A stretch of 64,000 nucleotides of DNA from a bacterium (GTDB lineage: Bacteria; Acidobacteriota; Thermoanaerobaculia; Multivoradales; J023): contig JAAELT010000170.1 of NCBI GenBank assembly GCA_024226315.1, positions 2,415-66,414 of the forward strand, read 5' to 3'. The position numbers and the translations under genes were made by a program. Of the stretch, positions 37,154 through 46,740 are shown piece by piece. The first letter of the stretch is position 1; each line of letters opens with the position of its first letter. Under the pieces are notes generated by a model. The model worked only from the letters and a program-made list of their open reading frames with translations. It did not search any database and was not told where the DNA came from.

Positions 37154-38356
37154 TCACCCTGCCGCGGCGACCAGAGGCGTGCTCAAGTCGACCGCTCCGG
37201 CCGAACCTCCCTCGCCGGAGGATCTCTCGAGCCGTAGGATCGCCTCGCGAGCTCCGATTCGATCGGTGCGGAGGTAGCGGGCGAGTTGCCCCTCGCTCAG
37301 CTCCCCGATCTGCCAAGCCTCCACCGCCAAGCCAACGTAACGGGGAGGTAGCGGATTCTCATCAGCCCGGGTTGGCGCGATACCCAGCAGTTGCTTTGCT
37401 CTCTGTACGCTGAACCTCTCCTGCCGCAGCCGTTCCCAGGTGCCGACGGGAATCAGCCGAAGCTCTTCCAAGCGGCGGATCATGGCCTCGACGGCGACGC
37501 AATAGAAGTGGGCGAGCCGGCAAAGGTCGCCGTGGGTGAGAGGCCGACCGCGTTCGAGCTCCAGGTACCGCCGCCGCAAGCCTGACGCCGGCATGAGAAA
37601 TGCCCTGGCGAAACCCTCGGCAAACCTTTCGGTCGCTGGCATGCGACGGTAGTGATCCTCGAGGGTGATCTCGGAGCGGTAACGGGAGGTCAGAAAATGC
37701 CCGTACTCGTGTCCGAGGCTGTGTCGCCTCCGCTCGGGGGGATGGTTGAGATTGACCGCCATGCAGCCGCCCAGGGTCTCGCTGAAGGCGAACATTCCGG
37801 CCACCCGCGACGGCAGCTCGATCTGGAACACCCGCAATCCGACGTCGCTCTCCAGCGTCTCCCGCAAGTTGAGCAGCGGGCCTTCGCCCAGCCCGAGTCG
37901 GTGCCGCTCGCTGTTCGCCACGTCCTCGGCGACGATCTCGGGGTCTACACCCTGGATCTCGTACTCTGGGGGATAGCGGCGGCGCATGGGCGCTTCGCAG
38001 ATCTCTTCGAGCCGGGAATAGTCTTCACAGAGATGCTGGAAGCTCTCGACGGGTGCCGACATCTCGGACTCACCGAGCGTCGACGGCAGGGACCTCCGGA
38101 GCAGCGCGCCGAAACCCTCCACGGGCGCGCCCCGCTGCAGCAGCTCCGAGACCCTCTGATCGTAGAGACCGGCAAGCTCGATCAGCTCAGCCGGCTTGAG
38201 CCGCCGGTCGCCTTTCTCGATGGCGACCAGGGTCGTCCGCGCAACTTTCAGGTGCTCCGCCACCTGCGTCTGCGTCAGGCCGCGCGACTCGCGGGCTTCT
38301 CGAAGACGGGCACCGAGAGCTCGTGGCTCGATCCCTTTCAACGGATTCTCGCTCAT
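37154..38356 (-). CDS. fused XRE-family HTH transcriptional regulator / ImmA-IrrE family zinc metallopeptidase (COG2856-like)
   Basis: The N-terminal HTH is LGARLREARESRGLTQTQVAEHLKVARTTLVAIEKG. The central zinc-binding motif is HSLGHEYGHFL (HEXXH). GC is slightly lower (about 62%) than the surroundings. Confidence 0.8.
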   Translation of the reverse strand: MSENPLKGIEPRALGARLREARESRGLTQTQVAEHLKVARTTLVAIEKGDRRLKPAELIELAGLYDQRVSELLQRGAPVEGFGALLRRSLPSTLGESEMSAPVESFQHLCEDYSRLEEICEAPMRRRYPPEYEIQGVDPEIVAEDVANSERHRLGLGEGPLLNLRETLESDVGLRVFQIELPSRVAGMFAFSETLGGCMAVNLNHPPERRRHSLGHEYGHFLTSRYRSEITLEDHYRRMPATERFAEGFARAFLMPASGLRRRYLELERGRPLTHGDLCRLAHFYCVAVEAMIRRLEELRLIPVGTWERLRQERFSVQRAKQLLGIAPTRADENPLPPRYVGLAVEAWQIGELSEGQLARYLRTDRIGAREAILRLERSSGEGGSAGAVDLSTPLVAAAG

Positions 38357-38475
38357 CTGTCCAATCCCCGAAGCCGCTGAGCTCTATGGATTCCCGCCCT
38401 CATGATCAGACTCTGACACAGAATCCGACAATGTCAAGTCTCTAATGGGCCAACGAAGAGCGAATGTCAGACATC

Positions 38476-38580
38476 TCAGCGCGTCCCCACGCTGACGGTG
38501 TCGACGACCGCGTTGGTGGCGGTGTCGACCACCGACACCGTGTCCGTTCCGTTGTTGGTGATGTAGGCGAAGGGCTGGGC
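38476..38580 (-). pseudogene. YVTN beta-propeller repeat fragment (gene remnant)
   Basis: The minus-strand translation ends in FAYITNNGTDTVSVVDTATNAVVDTVSVG, one copy of the YVTNxxsxtVSVID propeller repeat. It is preceded only by the noncoding-looking tandem repeats, which have low GC3. Confidence 0.25.
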
Positions 38581-38649
38581 GCCGGCGGTCCCGGCCGCGC
38601 AACCCTGCCTCCTCGGTGCTCTTCGAGGCTTTCGGGCAGAGTCCAGGAC

Positions 38650-38978
38650 AGCAAACGGGCGCTGGGAAACCGAAGAAGAAATCGGCCCTCGCCCCCACAG
38701 CGGTCGTCCGGGCTCTGGTGCGGTGCTCGGGCCTGGAATCGGCCACTGGGAAAACAATGGAAAATTCGACCCCTGCTTCCACAGCGGTCGTCCGGGACCT
38801 GGTGCGGTGCTCGGGCCTGGAATCGGCCACTGGGAAAGCCAGGGAAAAACCCGACCTTGCTTCCACAGTGGACGATCGGGGCTCCGGAGGGGCTCAGAAA
38901 CCCGAAATCGGCCACTGTGGAAGGGAGGGAAAAATCGTCCCTGGCTTTCACAGTCGTCATCCGGGGCACGTCTCGGTG
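38650..38978. repeat. tandem array of about 4 degenerate 83-85 bp repeats, each containing an internal inverted motif (TTCCACAG...CTGTGGAA)
   Basis: The unit 38767-38850 reads TTCCACAGCGGTCGTCCGGGACCTGGTGCGGTGCTCGGGCCTGGAATCGGCCACTGGGAAAGCCAGGGAAAAACCCGACCTTGC. Near-copies lie at 38684-38766 and 38851-38935, with partial copies at both ends. The array is in the intergenic space between the giant ATPase gene stop and the HTH-ImmA gene start. Confidence 0.6.
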
Positions 38979-39073
38979 GCACCAGCCGACCAACACGATC
39001 GCTGGCAGCAGATGTGGAAACAGCTACAGCAGAAGTCCGCAACTGAAGCCTCTGAGAAGATCGACCAGCAGCG

Positions 39074-42000
39074 CTAGCCTCCGCCCTCCTCCGCCGGCCT
39101 CGTCGCCAGGTCCGACATGTCTATCTTGCGCAGCGAGGCCACCAGGTCATTCAGCATGTCGAGGCTCTTCAAGGTGCGGTCGAGCTGCTGGGTGAGGGCA
39201 CGGTCGGCTTTGCCCTCTGCTTTCTTGAGCTTGCGGCCGATACCCTGCACCAGGGGCAGGAGGTTGTCGCCGACGATGCCGGTGAGGTGGGCGAGCACTT
39301 CGTGCACGCCGGAGCCGAGGGTCTGGACGACCTGGGTGCCGCGGGGTGACTCGGCGAGGCCGGTGAGGGTCTGGTCGAGCTTCTCGAGGTAGGGGGTGAG
39401 ATCGGACGTGGCCGGCTGAGGCGCGGGGGAGGGTTCCCCGGCAGGTGCCGCGACGGCGGCGGGGGACGGCTTCGCGGCCACCTCGCAGAGCTTGTCGAGG
39501 CGCTCCAGGAAGGCGTCGAGGCGCTCGCCGATCAATTTCGACGAAGCGTCGTCGCCGGCCGGCTTCGAGACGCTCTTCGCCGCCTTCGCCAGGGACGCGA
39601 GGTTCGATTGCAGCTTCTTCAAGTAAGGATCGAGGGTTGCCTTCAGCGCCGCGGCGGCGGCGTCCTCGCCGCCCGAGTCCTCGCTCGGCTGGCGGGCGAG
39701 CTCGCTCGCCGACTGGATGGACGAGCCGATGTCCTGCAGGCGGTCCGACACCAGGCCGAGCTGGCCGATCAGGCGGATGGCGGGATCGTCCTCGGCGCCG
39801 CCCATGGCCTGGACGCGGGCGAAGCCGCGCTTGATCTCTTCCCAGCGCTGCTGCTCCTCGCCTGAGAGCACGCCGCGCAGCTCGCGCAGCTTCAGGATGT
39901 TGTGCTCGGCGCCGGTGGTCAGAGTCTGGGATTCGCCGGCGTAGTGGTCGTCGATCAGCGCCTCGAGCTCCGCGTCGTTCATCACCGGCACAATTCTTTC
40001 GGCCAGCTTGTTCATGTTGCGATAGCTGCCTTGGAGCTGGAAGCGCGGCTCGGTGCGGTAGGCGTCGTCCTGGGAGGCGGAGTAGATGTATTGCTGGTTG
40101 ACCGCCAGCAAGACCTCCTGCACCCGCAGCAGCTTGCGCAGCACCGACAGCAGCTCCTCGAGCTCGATCGCCGAGTAGTCGTGGGAGAGCTGATCCGGCG
40201 GCATCTCCTCGCCCCGGGCCATGCGCACGAGCTTGAACAGGTCGTCGCCCTCGCGGGTGGTGAGCGGCGCCATCACCGGGTTCGAGGTCAGGGCGTTCTC
40301 GAGGTAGGAGAGGGCGAAGAGCTCGTCCTTGCCTTCGAGGATGTCGCCCAGGTTGTAGGTGTCGGCGCGGTTGGCCAGCATGTCGGGGATCTGAAACTTC
40401 TCCCCCGCCTCGGTGTAGGGGTTGCCCGCCATGCACACGGCGAAGCGCTTGCCGCGCAGGTCGTAGGTGCGCGTGCGGCCTCCCCAGATGCCCTCCATGC
40501 GGCGCTGGGCGTCGCACAGGGAGATGAACTTCTGTAGCAGCTCGGGGTGGGTGTGCTGGATGTCGTCCAGATACAGCAGAACGTTGTTGCCCATTTCGAG
40601 CGCGAAGCTGATCTTCTCGATCTCCTGGCGGGCGGTGGCGTTGGAGGCCTCCTGCGGGTCGATCGAGGTCACCGCGTGCCCCAGGGCCGGCCCGTTGATC
40701 TTGACGAACACCAGCCCGAGCCGGTTGGCGACGTACTCCATGAGCGTGGTCTTGCCGTAGCCCGGTGGCGAGATCAGCAGCAGTAGCCCCATCTGGTCGG
40801 TGCGCTTGTCTTCGCCGAGGGCGCCGAGCTGCTTGGCCAGGTTGTCGCCGATGATCGGCAGGTAGACGTCGCTGATCAGGCGGTTGCGTACGAAGCTGCT
40901 CATCACCTTGGGCTCGTACTCGGTGAGCCGCAGACGCGCCCGCTCGCGCTCGAGCATCTCGTGACGCAGCTCCTGGAACTTCCGGAAACCGGCGACCCGG
41001 CGCTGGCGAAAGGTGGCCAGGCGCGAGAGGAACTCATCGAGGCGCAGCCGCATCTTGCGGCCGGCGACGCGCGGGTGCTGGCCGAGCAGGCCCTCGACCT
41101 CGACCGAGGACAGGGCGCTCGACACGGTCCTTTCGAGACGACGCTCGGTGAGCAACAGTGCCACGGCTTCTTCCAGGCACGGCTCCAGCCGCTGGTGCTC
41201 GTCGCCGGCCTGGTCGAGGAACGCCGCCAACCAGGCGCGGGCCAGGCGGTAACGCTGAGTGAGGTCGTTCTCGAGCTCGCGCAGGTCGTCGTCGAGCTCG
41301 CGGCGGCTGCCTCCGCTTTCGAGCAGTGCCAGGAAGGCGTCGCGCAGCTCCACTGCCTCGGCGCTGGTCACGAAGCTGTGAGGTTTCTTGGCCAGCTCCT
41401 CGAACAAGTAGGCCCCCGCCCGCTGAGCGTCGTCGGGATGGATCTCCAGCTCGTTCTCGGCGAAGAAGGCGGCGATGGCGTCGGCCAGCTCCTGGTGGAA
41501 GCGGATAATCGCCGGGCTGTGGGCGAAGGCGCCTCGCAGGCGGCCGAGACTGCGCGCCCGCCGCTCCCAGAGCAACCGTGAATTGGGCTCCTGATGAAAG
41601 GCCCAGAACAGGCAGGCGAAGGCCCGCGGGCGCGGCGCGAAGCGCAGCAGGTCGGCGGTCGAGTAGAGCCCCACCAGTTGTTCGAGGATCAGCGCCGTGT
41701 CCTGGTCGTGCAGGCCACGCTCGTAGCCCTCGTCGTAGCGCTCGGCCGAGTAGCGGCGGACCAGATCCACCAGGCCGGCCTCGGCCACCACGCCCTCTTG
41801 CAAAGCCGAAAGCGTCAGACCGGCGGTCTCGACCTCAGCGTCGAACAGCATCGACGCCGCCAGGTACTCAGCTCTATAGACCTCTTCGGTCTCGGACACC
41901 AGGAGCTGGTTCCAGTAGTCCCGGGTGGTCTCGAACTCGCCGTCAGCGACGGTCTCGTAGAAGTCGGTGCCGGAGAGATGGAAGGCCATGGCGTCGCCGG

Positions 42001-44686
42001 ACGGCCCGGTGTTGCTGACGGGGACCATGGTCAGGTCGAACGGCTGGGTGTTGACGCTGAACCGGTGACGCCCGAGCTTGATGACGGTGGCGCCCTCCTC
42101 GAAGATGTCCTGGCGGTCGCGCAGGCCGCGGGCGGCGTCTTCGCGGGCGCTCTTGAGCCGGGAATCGAGCTCGTCGGCCTTGACGCTGTCCGAGAGCTCG
42201 CGCAGCTGGCCGGAGATGTCACGCACCTTGGCGACCATGGCGTCGCCGGCGAAGTAGGCGTTGAGCTCGTCGTTCGATGCCAGGCCCGATGCCCGCCGCA
42301 CGATGCCTTCGAGCACCCGCTCGGCCGCTTTCATCAGCCGGCCGACCCGGCGCTGGCGCTCGTCGAGCAGGGTCTGCTTCTTGGAAGTGATCGCCTCGTA
42401 GACGTCTTCGCGCTTGGTGGCGAGCTGCTCGGCGAACTCGTCGAACTCGCCGAAGCGGCTCTCCATGTCCTCGAGCTGCAGCAACAGCTTGGACAGCTGC
42501 TGGTCGCACTTCTCCGGCGTGTCGGCGAGTGCCATGGCGCCGCTGACACTCTGCGAGAAGAGCTTGAACTGGGCGCCGAACTCCGCCACCCCCTCGCTCG
42601 ACAGCAGCTCCTTGCGCCGCGCCTCGAGCAGCGCGCGGCCGCGGTTCAGCCCGCCGAGCACCTCGGAGATGCGCTCCAGGATCACCGTACGCACGGTGGC
42701 GTCGTCGATCTCGAGATCGCCCAGCACCTCGGTGAGCAGCTCGAGCGCGTCGCCGATGGCGGTGAAGCCTTCGGTCAGCGGCTTCGCGTCGGCGGTCTTC
42801 TCCACCTCGTCGATGCCGGCCACCAGCTCGCCGATCCGCCGATGGTAGGGCTCGAGCGCCTCCTCGGTGTCGAGGAAGCTCACCGTCTCGACGCTCAACT
42901 GGTCGAGCTGCTCGACCACCGCGGCCTCGAGCTCGTCGAGGCGTCCGCGGTCGACGTAGCGCTGCTCGCGCAGGCTGATCAGGTGGCCGCGCTGGGTGCG
43001 CAGCTTCGACAGGCCGGCGACGAAGTGGTCGGTGGTGGTCTTGGCCTCGGTGCGCACCTCCCGGAAGAGCTCCTCGAGCTGGGCTTCGCTCTCCGCGACC
43101 GCCTCGCGAGCGCGCTTGCGGATGGCCCGCACCTTCTCGAACTCGTCGACGATCAGCTCGACGGTGGCGCGCACCTCCTTCAGGCTCGGCCCCATGCCAC
43201 CGGCCTCGTCGCCATCGAGCCAGTAGTAGGCGTCGCCCATGCGCACGGCGGCCGCGATCAGGTCCTCGTAGATCTCGGCGCTCGGCTCCTGCTCCTCGAT
43301 CAGCCGGCCGATCGACAACGCGTCTGAGATGCCGCGCACCAGGTCGGCGTTGCCCACCTTCTCCAGGAAGCTGTCGCCGGTCGGCGCCTGGGCGGCGTAC
43401 TCGTCGCTGGTGAACGGGGTCTGCCAGATCTGGATGGCGTGCACCCGGGTGGGCTCGCCTGAGAGCGCGCGGAAGATCGCCAGCTTGCCGTCCTCGAACA
43501 GGCTGAAGCCGTTGCAGTGGATCGGGCTCGCCACTTCCTTGCGGATCATGTTGTAGGACAGCAGGATGGTGCGCCCCGCGACGCGCTCGTGGAAGACGTA
43601 GAGCACGTCCTCGCCGTTGGGCGAGCGCACCACGCGCATGAACTCCATCTCCGCGACGTCGCCCTCGAAAGACTTGGTCTCGCCACTCTGCAGGTAGTAG
43701 CCGCCGGGGAAGATCAGGCCGTGGTCCTCGGGCAGCAGCAGGCAAGCCTGGCCGATGGCGTCGAGGCGCGTGACCTTGTGGTTGCGGGTGTTGAACACCA
43801 GGTAGCGCCAGGTGGTCTCGTTGTAGGGCAGGATCTTCAGCAAGATCAGCGGCCCGACCCTGGCGTAGTGGATCTCGCCGTCGTCGAGGCTCTGGTCCGG
43901 CTCGTCCACCGGCTCGCGGTAGATGCCCAGGCCATCCTCGGTGTTGTCCTCGACCTTGACGGTGAGATCGCCGCCCACGGTCTCGACGAATACTTCGTCG
44001 AGCACCGAGACGTGGGGGTGGCGCCCGAGAACGAAGTCCTCGCGGGAGGTCGCGGTCCACTCGAAATCGTGCGACGGCGGGAAGACGTGATCGCGCTCGC
44101 CACGGTTGTCGATGTAGGTCGCCACGCCGTCCGGGGCGATCGCCCAGCGGAAGACCTTGATGTCGCCTACCGTCCTGCCGGTCTGGAAGACCGCCAGCAG
44201 CTTGTCGTCGATTCGGCGCAGCTGCAGCAGGCGGGTTTCCTTGTAGTACTTGTAGAGCTCCTTGAAGTCGCGGACGAACTCTTCGTCGCTCAGGAAGTTG
44301 TCCGGCGAGTCTTCGGGTATCGGCTCGAAGGAGAAACCGGAGTTGGTCTCAGTGAACAAGTGGAGGCTGAGCACGTCCTCCACGCGGGTCTCGGTCTTGA
44401 GGCCGATGAAGACGTTGTAGCCGAACAGCAGCTTCTCGCCCGGCTCTCCATCAGAGTGGCGGCCGACGTCGCGGATGTCACGCGGTACGCAGTTGTTGTC
44501 GGTGCGAATGCGCTGGTTGCCGAGCACCGTGGTCTCGGTACCGCCGAACACCTCCAGCCGCCGGGTGTTGAGCCCGTTCGCCGCTTCGGACAGGCCCCGG
44601 GCGTGCTGCTGGAGACGGTCGCGGAGCAGCTCGTAGGTACCGCGTTCGAGGGTGGCCTCGGCGGTCGATTCCGGCTCGTCGCTCAT
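39074..44686 (-). CDS. giant (1870 aa) multidomain protein: beta-rich N-terminal region, long helical/coiled-coil middle, MoxR/AAA_5-like ATPase near the C-terminus
   Basis: This is a continuous ORF with good GC3 bias. The Walker A LLLLISPPGYGKTTLMEY lies at about aa 1300, Walker B/sensor motifs are VLLYLDDIQHTHPELL, and an AAA_5-like AVCMAGNPYTEAGEKFQIPDMLANRADTY is present. The start codon is 6 nt after the flotillin stop. Confidence 0.8.
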   Translation of the reverse strand: MSDEPESTAEATLERGTYELLRDRLQQHARGLSEAANGLNTRRLEVFGGTETTVLGNQRIRTDNNCVPRDIRDVGRHSDGEPGEKLLFGYNVFIGLKTETRVEDVLSLHLFTETNSGFSFEPIPEDSPDNFLSDEEFVRDFKELYKYYKETRLLQLRRIDDKLLAVFQTGRTVGDIKVFRWAIAPDGVATYIDNRGERDHVFPPSHDFEWTATSREDFVLGRHPHVSVLDEVFVETVGGDLTVKVEDNTEDGLGIYREPVDEPDQSLDDGEIHYARVGPLILLKILPYNETTWRYLVFNTRNHKVTRLDAIGQACLLLPEDHGLIFPGGYYLQSGETKSFEGDVAEMEFMRVVRSPNGEDVLYVFHERVAGRTILLSYNMIRKEVASPIHCNGFSLFEDGKLAIFRALSGEPTRVHAIQIWQTPFTSDEYAAQAPTGDSFLEKVGNADLVRGISDALSIGRLIEEQEPSAEIYEDLIAAAVRMGDAYYWLDGDEAGGMGPSLKEVRATVELIVDEFEKVRAIRKRAREAVAESEAQLEELFREVRTEAKTTTDHFVAGLSKLRTQRGHLISLREQRYVDRGRLDELEAAVVEQLDQLSVETVSFLDTEEALEPYHRRIGELVAGIDEVEKTADAKPLTEGFTAIGDALELLTEVLGDLEIDDATVRTVILERISEVLGGLNRGRALLEARRKELLSSEGVAEFGAQFKLFSQSVSGAMALADTPEKCDQQLSKLLLQLEDMESRFGEFDEFAEQLATKREDVYEAITSKKQTLLDERQRRVGRLMKAAERVLEGIVRRASGLASNDELNAYFAGDAMVAKVRDISGQLRELSDSVKADELDSRLKSAREDAARGLRDRQDIFEEGATVIKLGRHRFSVNTQPFDLTMVPVSNTGPSGDAMAFHLSGTDFYETVADGEFETTRDYWNQLLVSETEEVYRAEYLAASMLFDAEVETAGLTLSALQEGVVAEAGLVDLVRRYSAERYDEGYERGLHDQDTALILEQLVGLYSTADLLRFAPRPRAFACLFWAFHQEPNSRLLWERRARSLGRLRGAFAHSPAIIRFHQELADAIAAFFAENELEIHPDDAQRAGAYLFEELAKKPHSFVTSAEAVELRDAFLALLESGGSRRELDDDLRELENDLTQRYRLARAWLAAFLDQAGDEHQRLEPCLEEAVALLLTERRLERTVSSALSSVEVEGLLGQHPRVAGRKMRLRLDEFLSRLATFRQRRVAGFRKFQELRHEMLERERARLRLTEYEPKVMSSFVRNRLISDVYLPIIGDNLAKQLGALGEDKRTDQMGLLLLISPPGYGKTTLMEYVANRLGLVFVKINGPALGHAVTSIDPQEASNATARQEIEKISFALEMGNNVLLYLDDIQHTHPELLQKFISLCDAQRRMEGIWGGRTRTYDLRGKRFAVCMAGNPYTEAGEKFQIPDMLANRADTYNLGDILEGKDELFALSYLENALTSNPVMAPLTTREGDDLFKLVRMARGEEMPPDQLSHDYSAIELEELLSVLRKLLRVQEVLLAVNQQYIYSASQDDAYRTEPRFQLQGSYRNMNKLAERIVPVMNDAELEALIDDHYAGESQTLTTGAEHNILKLRELRGVLSGEEQQRWEEIKRGFARVQAMGGAEDDPAIRLIGQLGLVSDRLQDIGSSIQSASELARQPSEDSGGEDAAAAALKATLDPYLKKLQSNLASLAKAAKSVSKPAGDDASSKLIGERLDAFLERLDKLCEVAAKPSPAAVAAPAGEPSPAPQPATSDLTPYLEKLDQTLTGLAESPRGTQVVQTLGSGVHEVLAHLTGIVGDNLLPLVQGIGRKLKKAEGKADRALTQQLDRTLKSLDMLNDLVASLRKIDMSDLATRPAEEGGG

Positions 44687-44692
44687 CGCCGG

Positions 44693-46681
44693 TTAGCTGT
44701 CGTCGCTGTCGGTGGTGTCGAGTCCCGCCTCCTCGGCGGCTTCGAGCAACTGGCGCAGCTTCGACGAGCGGTCGCCCGGTGCCTGCTGAAGCAGCCGCCC
44801 GAACAGGCCCGCCAGGCTCAGGTTGCGGACGTCATCCGAGGACACGGCGGGGCGCGAGAGCACGTCCTTCAGGTCGGCAGCGAAACTCTTGTCGCCTTCC
44901 AGGTAGTCCTTGAGCAGCTTCTGGCTGGTCTCGCTCTTGTCGACGAAGGCGTCGACCGCCTTGCCCATGCCCACCGCCTGCACCAGGCGGTCGAAGAACA
45001 CCGTGTCGCCACCGACGATGTCGATGTCGGCCTGCTTGAGCCCCTCGGCGATCACCCCGGCCTGGGCCTCGGCGATGTGGCGCCGGGTGTCGATGCCCGC
45101 CAGCTCGATCTCCTTCTGTGCCTGGAGGCGCAGCCGGTACTCCTCGTGGTCGCGGCTCGAGGCGTCCAGTGCCTTCATCGACTCGGCCTTCTCGGCCAGA
45201 CCCGAGGCCTCGCCGAGCAGCTTCTCGCGGATCGCCTCACCTTCGGCCAGTCCCTTCTTGCGCAGCACCTCCGCCTCGGCGGTGCCCATCTTCTCGGTCG
45301 CCGTGGCGTCGGCCTCCTTGACCCGCACGTTGGCCATGCCGAGCTTCTCGACGGCGTCGGCGTCGCGCTCCTTGACCTGGACCTCGGCCAGACCCGCAGC
45401 CGCCTGCTCCGCCTTGATGCCGTCGGCCATGCGGATCTTCGCCTGGGCTCGCTTGTCGGTCGCCGCCAGATGGGCCTCGGCCAGAGTCAGCTCTTCACGG
45501 CCCTTGTGCTTCGCGGCCGTCTCGGCGGCCTCCGCGGCCTTGATGTCTTTGACCAGCAATTCCTGGGCCTCGGCCTCGGCGGTGATGATTGTCGCTTCCT
45601 TGGTGCGTTTGGCGTCCTCGACGATGCGCACTCTCTTGATCGCTTCTTCCTCCTCGGCGACGGTCTTCTCCACCGCCACGCGCTCGCGGATCACGACGGC
45701 GATCTCGCGCTTCTCGTGCTCGACCTCTTTGTCCTTGGCGATGGTCTGGAGTTGGGTCTCGCGATCGCGGCTGATCACCTCGATCAGGCGATCCTTCTCC
45801 ACCCGCTCGTTCTCCACCGCCACCACGCGCTCGCGGTTCTTCTGTGCCACCTCGACCTGGCGGTGGCGGTTCTCGTCCTGGACGCCGATCTCCTCTTCGG
45901 CCTTGATGCGGGCGCTCTCGGCCTTGAGCTTCTCCTCGGCCTGCACCTTGAGGGTCTCGGCCTGCTCGCGGGCCCTGACCGTGGCGATCTCGCGCAATTG
46001 CTTGGACTCGGCGTCGGCCTGCTGGCGCTCGAGCTCGTAGATCGCCTCGGCCGCCTCGACGTCCTGCTTCTTGATCAGCTTCTTCTCGTTGTTCTGGAAC
46101 TCGTTGGTCTTGACGTGCTCGATGACGGTCAGGTCGGTGATCTTGCGGATGCCCTGGGCGTCGAGGATGTTGAGCTCGTCGAGCGAGGAGACCGGCGTCT
46201 GCTCCAGGTAGTCGATGGCGCAATCCTCGAGCGAGTAGCCGTTCAGATCGGTGCCGATGACCTCGATGATGCGGTCGCGCAGGTCCTCGCGCTGGGTGTA
46301 CAGATCGACGAAGTCGAGCTGCTTGCCGGCGGTCTTGAGCGCTTCTGAGAACTTGGCGCTGAACAGCTCCTCGAGCGTCTTCTGGTCCGATGCCCGGGTG
46401 CAACCGATCGCCTGGGCCACCTTGATGACGTCTTCCTCGGTCTTGTTGACCCGCACGAAGAAGGTGATCTTGATGTCGGCACGGATGTTGTCGCGGCAGA
46501 TCAAGCCATCGGCACCGCTGCGATCGATCTCGATGGTCTTGACCGTCATGTCCATCAGCTCGGCCTTGTGGATCACCGGGATCACCAGACCGCCGGTGAA
46601 GCTCACCTGCACCTTGCCGGACGCCACGTTGCTGACGATGAGGGCCTTGCCCTGTTCGACCTTGACGATTCCTAAAGCCAT
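44693..46681 (-). CDS. flotillin (SPFH/band-7 family, YqiK/FloT-like)
   Basis: The N-terminal SPFH domain is MALGIVKVEQGKALIVSNV...IEIDRSGADGLICRDNIRADIKITFFVRV. It is followed by a long EA-rich coiled-coil (flotillin) region. The 662-aa length is typical. Confidence 0.85.
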   Translation of the reverse strand: MALGIVKVEQGKALIVSNVASGKVQVSFTGGLVIPVIHKAELMDMTVKTIEIDRSGADGLICRDNIRADIKITFFVRVNKTEEDVIKVAQAIGCTRASDQKTLEELFSAKFSEALKTAGKQLDFVDLYTQREDLRDRIIEVIGTDLNGYSLEDCAIDYLEQTPVSSLDELNILDAQGIRKITDLTVIEHVKTNEFQNNEKKLIKKQDVEAAEAIYELERQQADAESKQLREIATVRAREQAETLKVQAEEKLKAESARIKAEEEIGVQDENRHRQVEVAQKNRERVVAVENERVEKDRLIEVISRDRETQLQTIAKDKEVEHEKREIAVVIRERVAVEKTVAEEEEAIKRVRIVEDAKRTKEATIITAEAEAQELLVKDIKAAEAAETAAKHKGREELTLAEAHLAATDKRAQAKIRMADGIKAEQAAAGLAEVQVKERDADAVEKLGMANVRVKEADATATEKMGTAEAEVLRKKGLAEGEAIREKLLGEASGLAEKAESMKALDASSRDHEEYRLRLQAQKEIELAGIDTRRHIAEAQAGVIAEGLKQADIDIVGGDTVFFDRLVQAVGMGKAVDAFVDKSETSQKLLKDYLEGDKSFAADLKDVLSRPAVSSDDVRNLSLAGLFGRLLQQAPGDRSSKLRQLLEAAEEAGLDTTDSDDS

Positions 46682-46740
46682 TGACGCCTCCTCACTCGAA
46701 AGTCCGTCCGCGTTCTAGCGGGCGGGTTGCATAGTTCTCA

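Noticed and set aside
38650-38978. Possible CRISPR array
   Set aside because: The repeats are about 84 bp units that are entirely self-similar. There are no unique spacers between short direct repeats, and no cas genes are nearby.
38476-39042. 188-aa repetitive ORF on the minus strand covering the tandem repeats
   Set aside because: GC3 is about 55%, far below genuine genes here. There is no signal peptide or domain apart from the terminal YVTN fragment. It is most simply explained as a noncoding repeat that stays in frame because the period is close to 84 bp.
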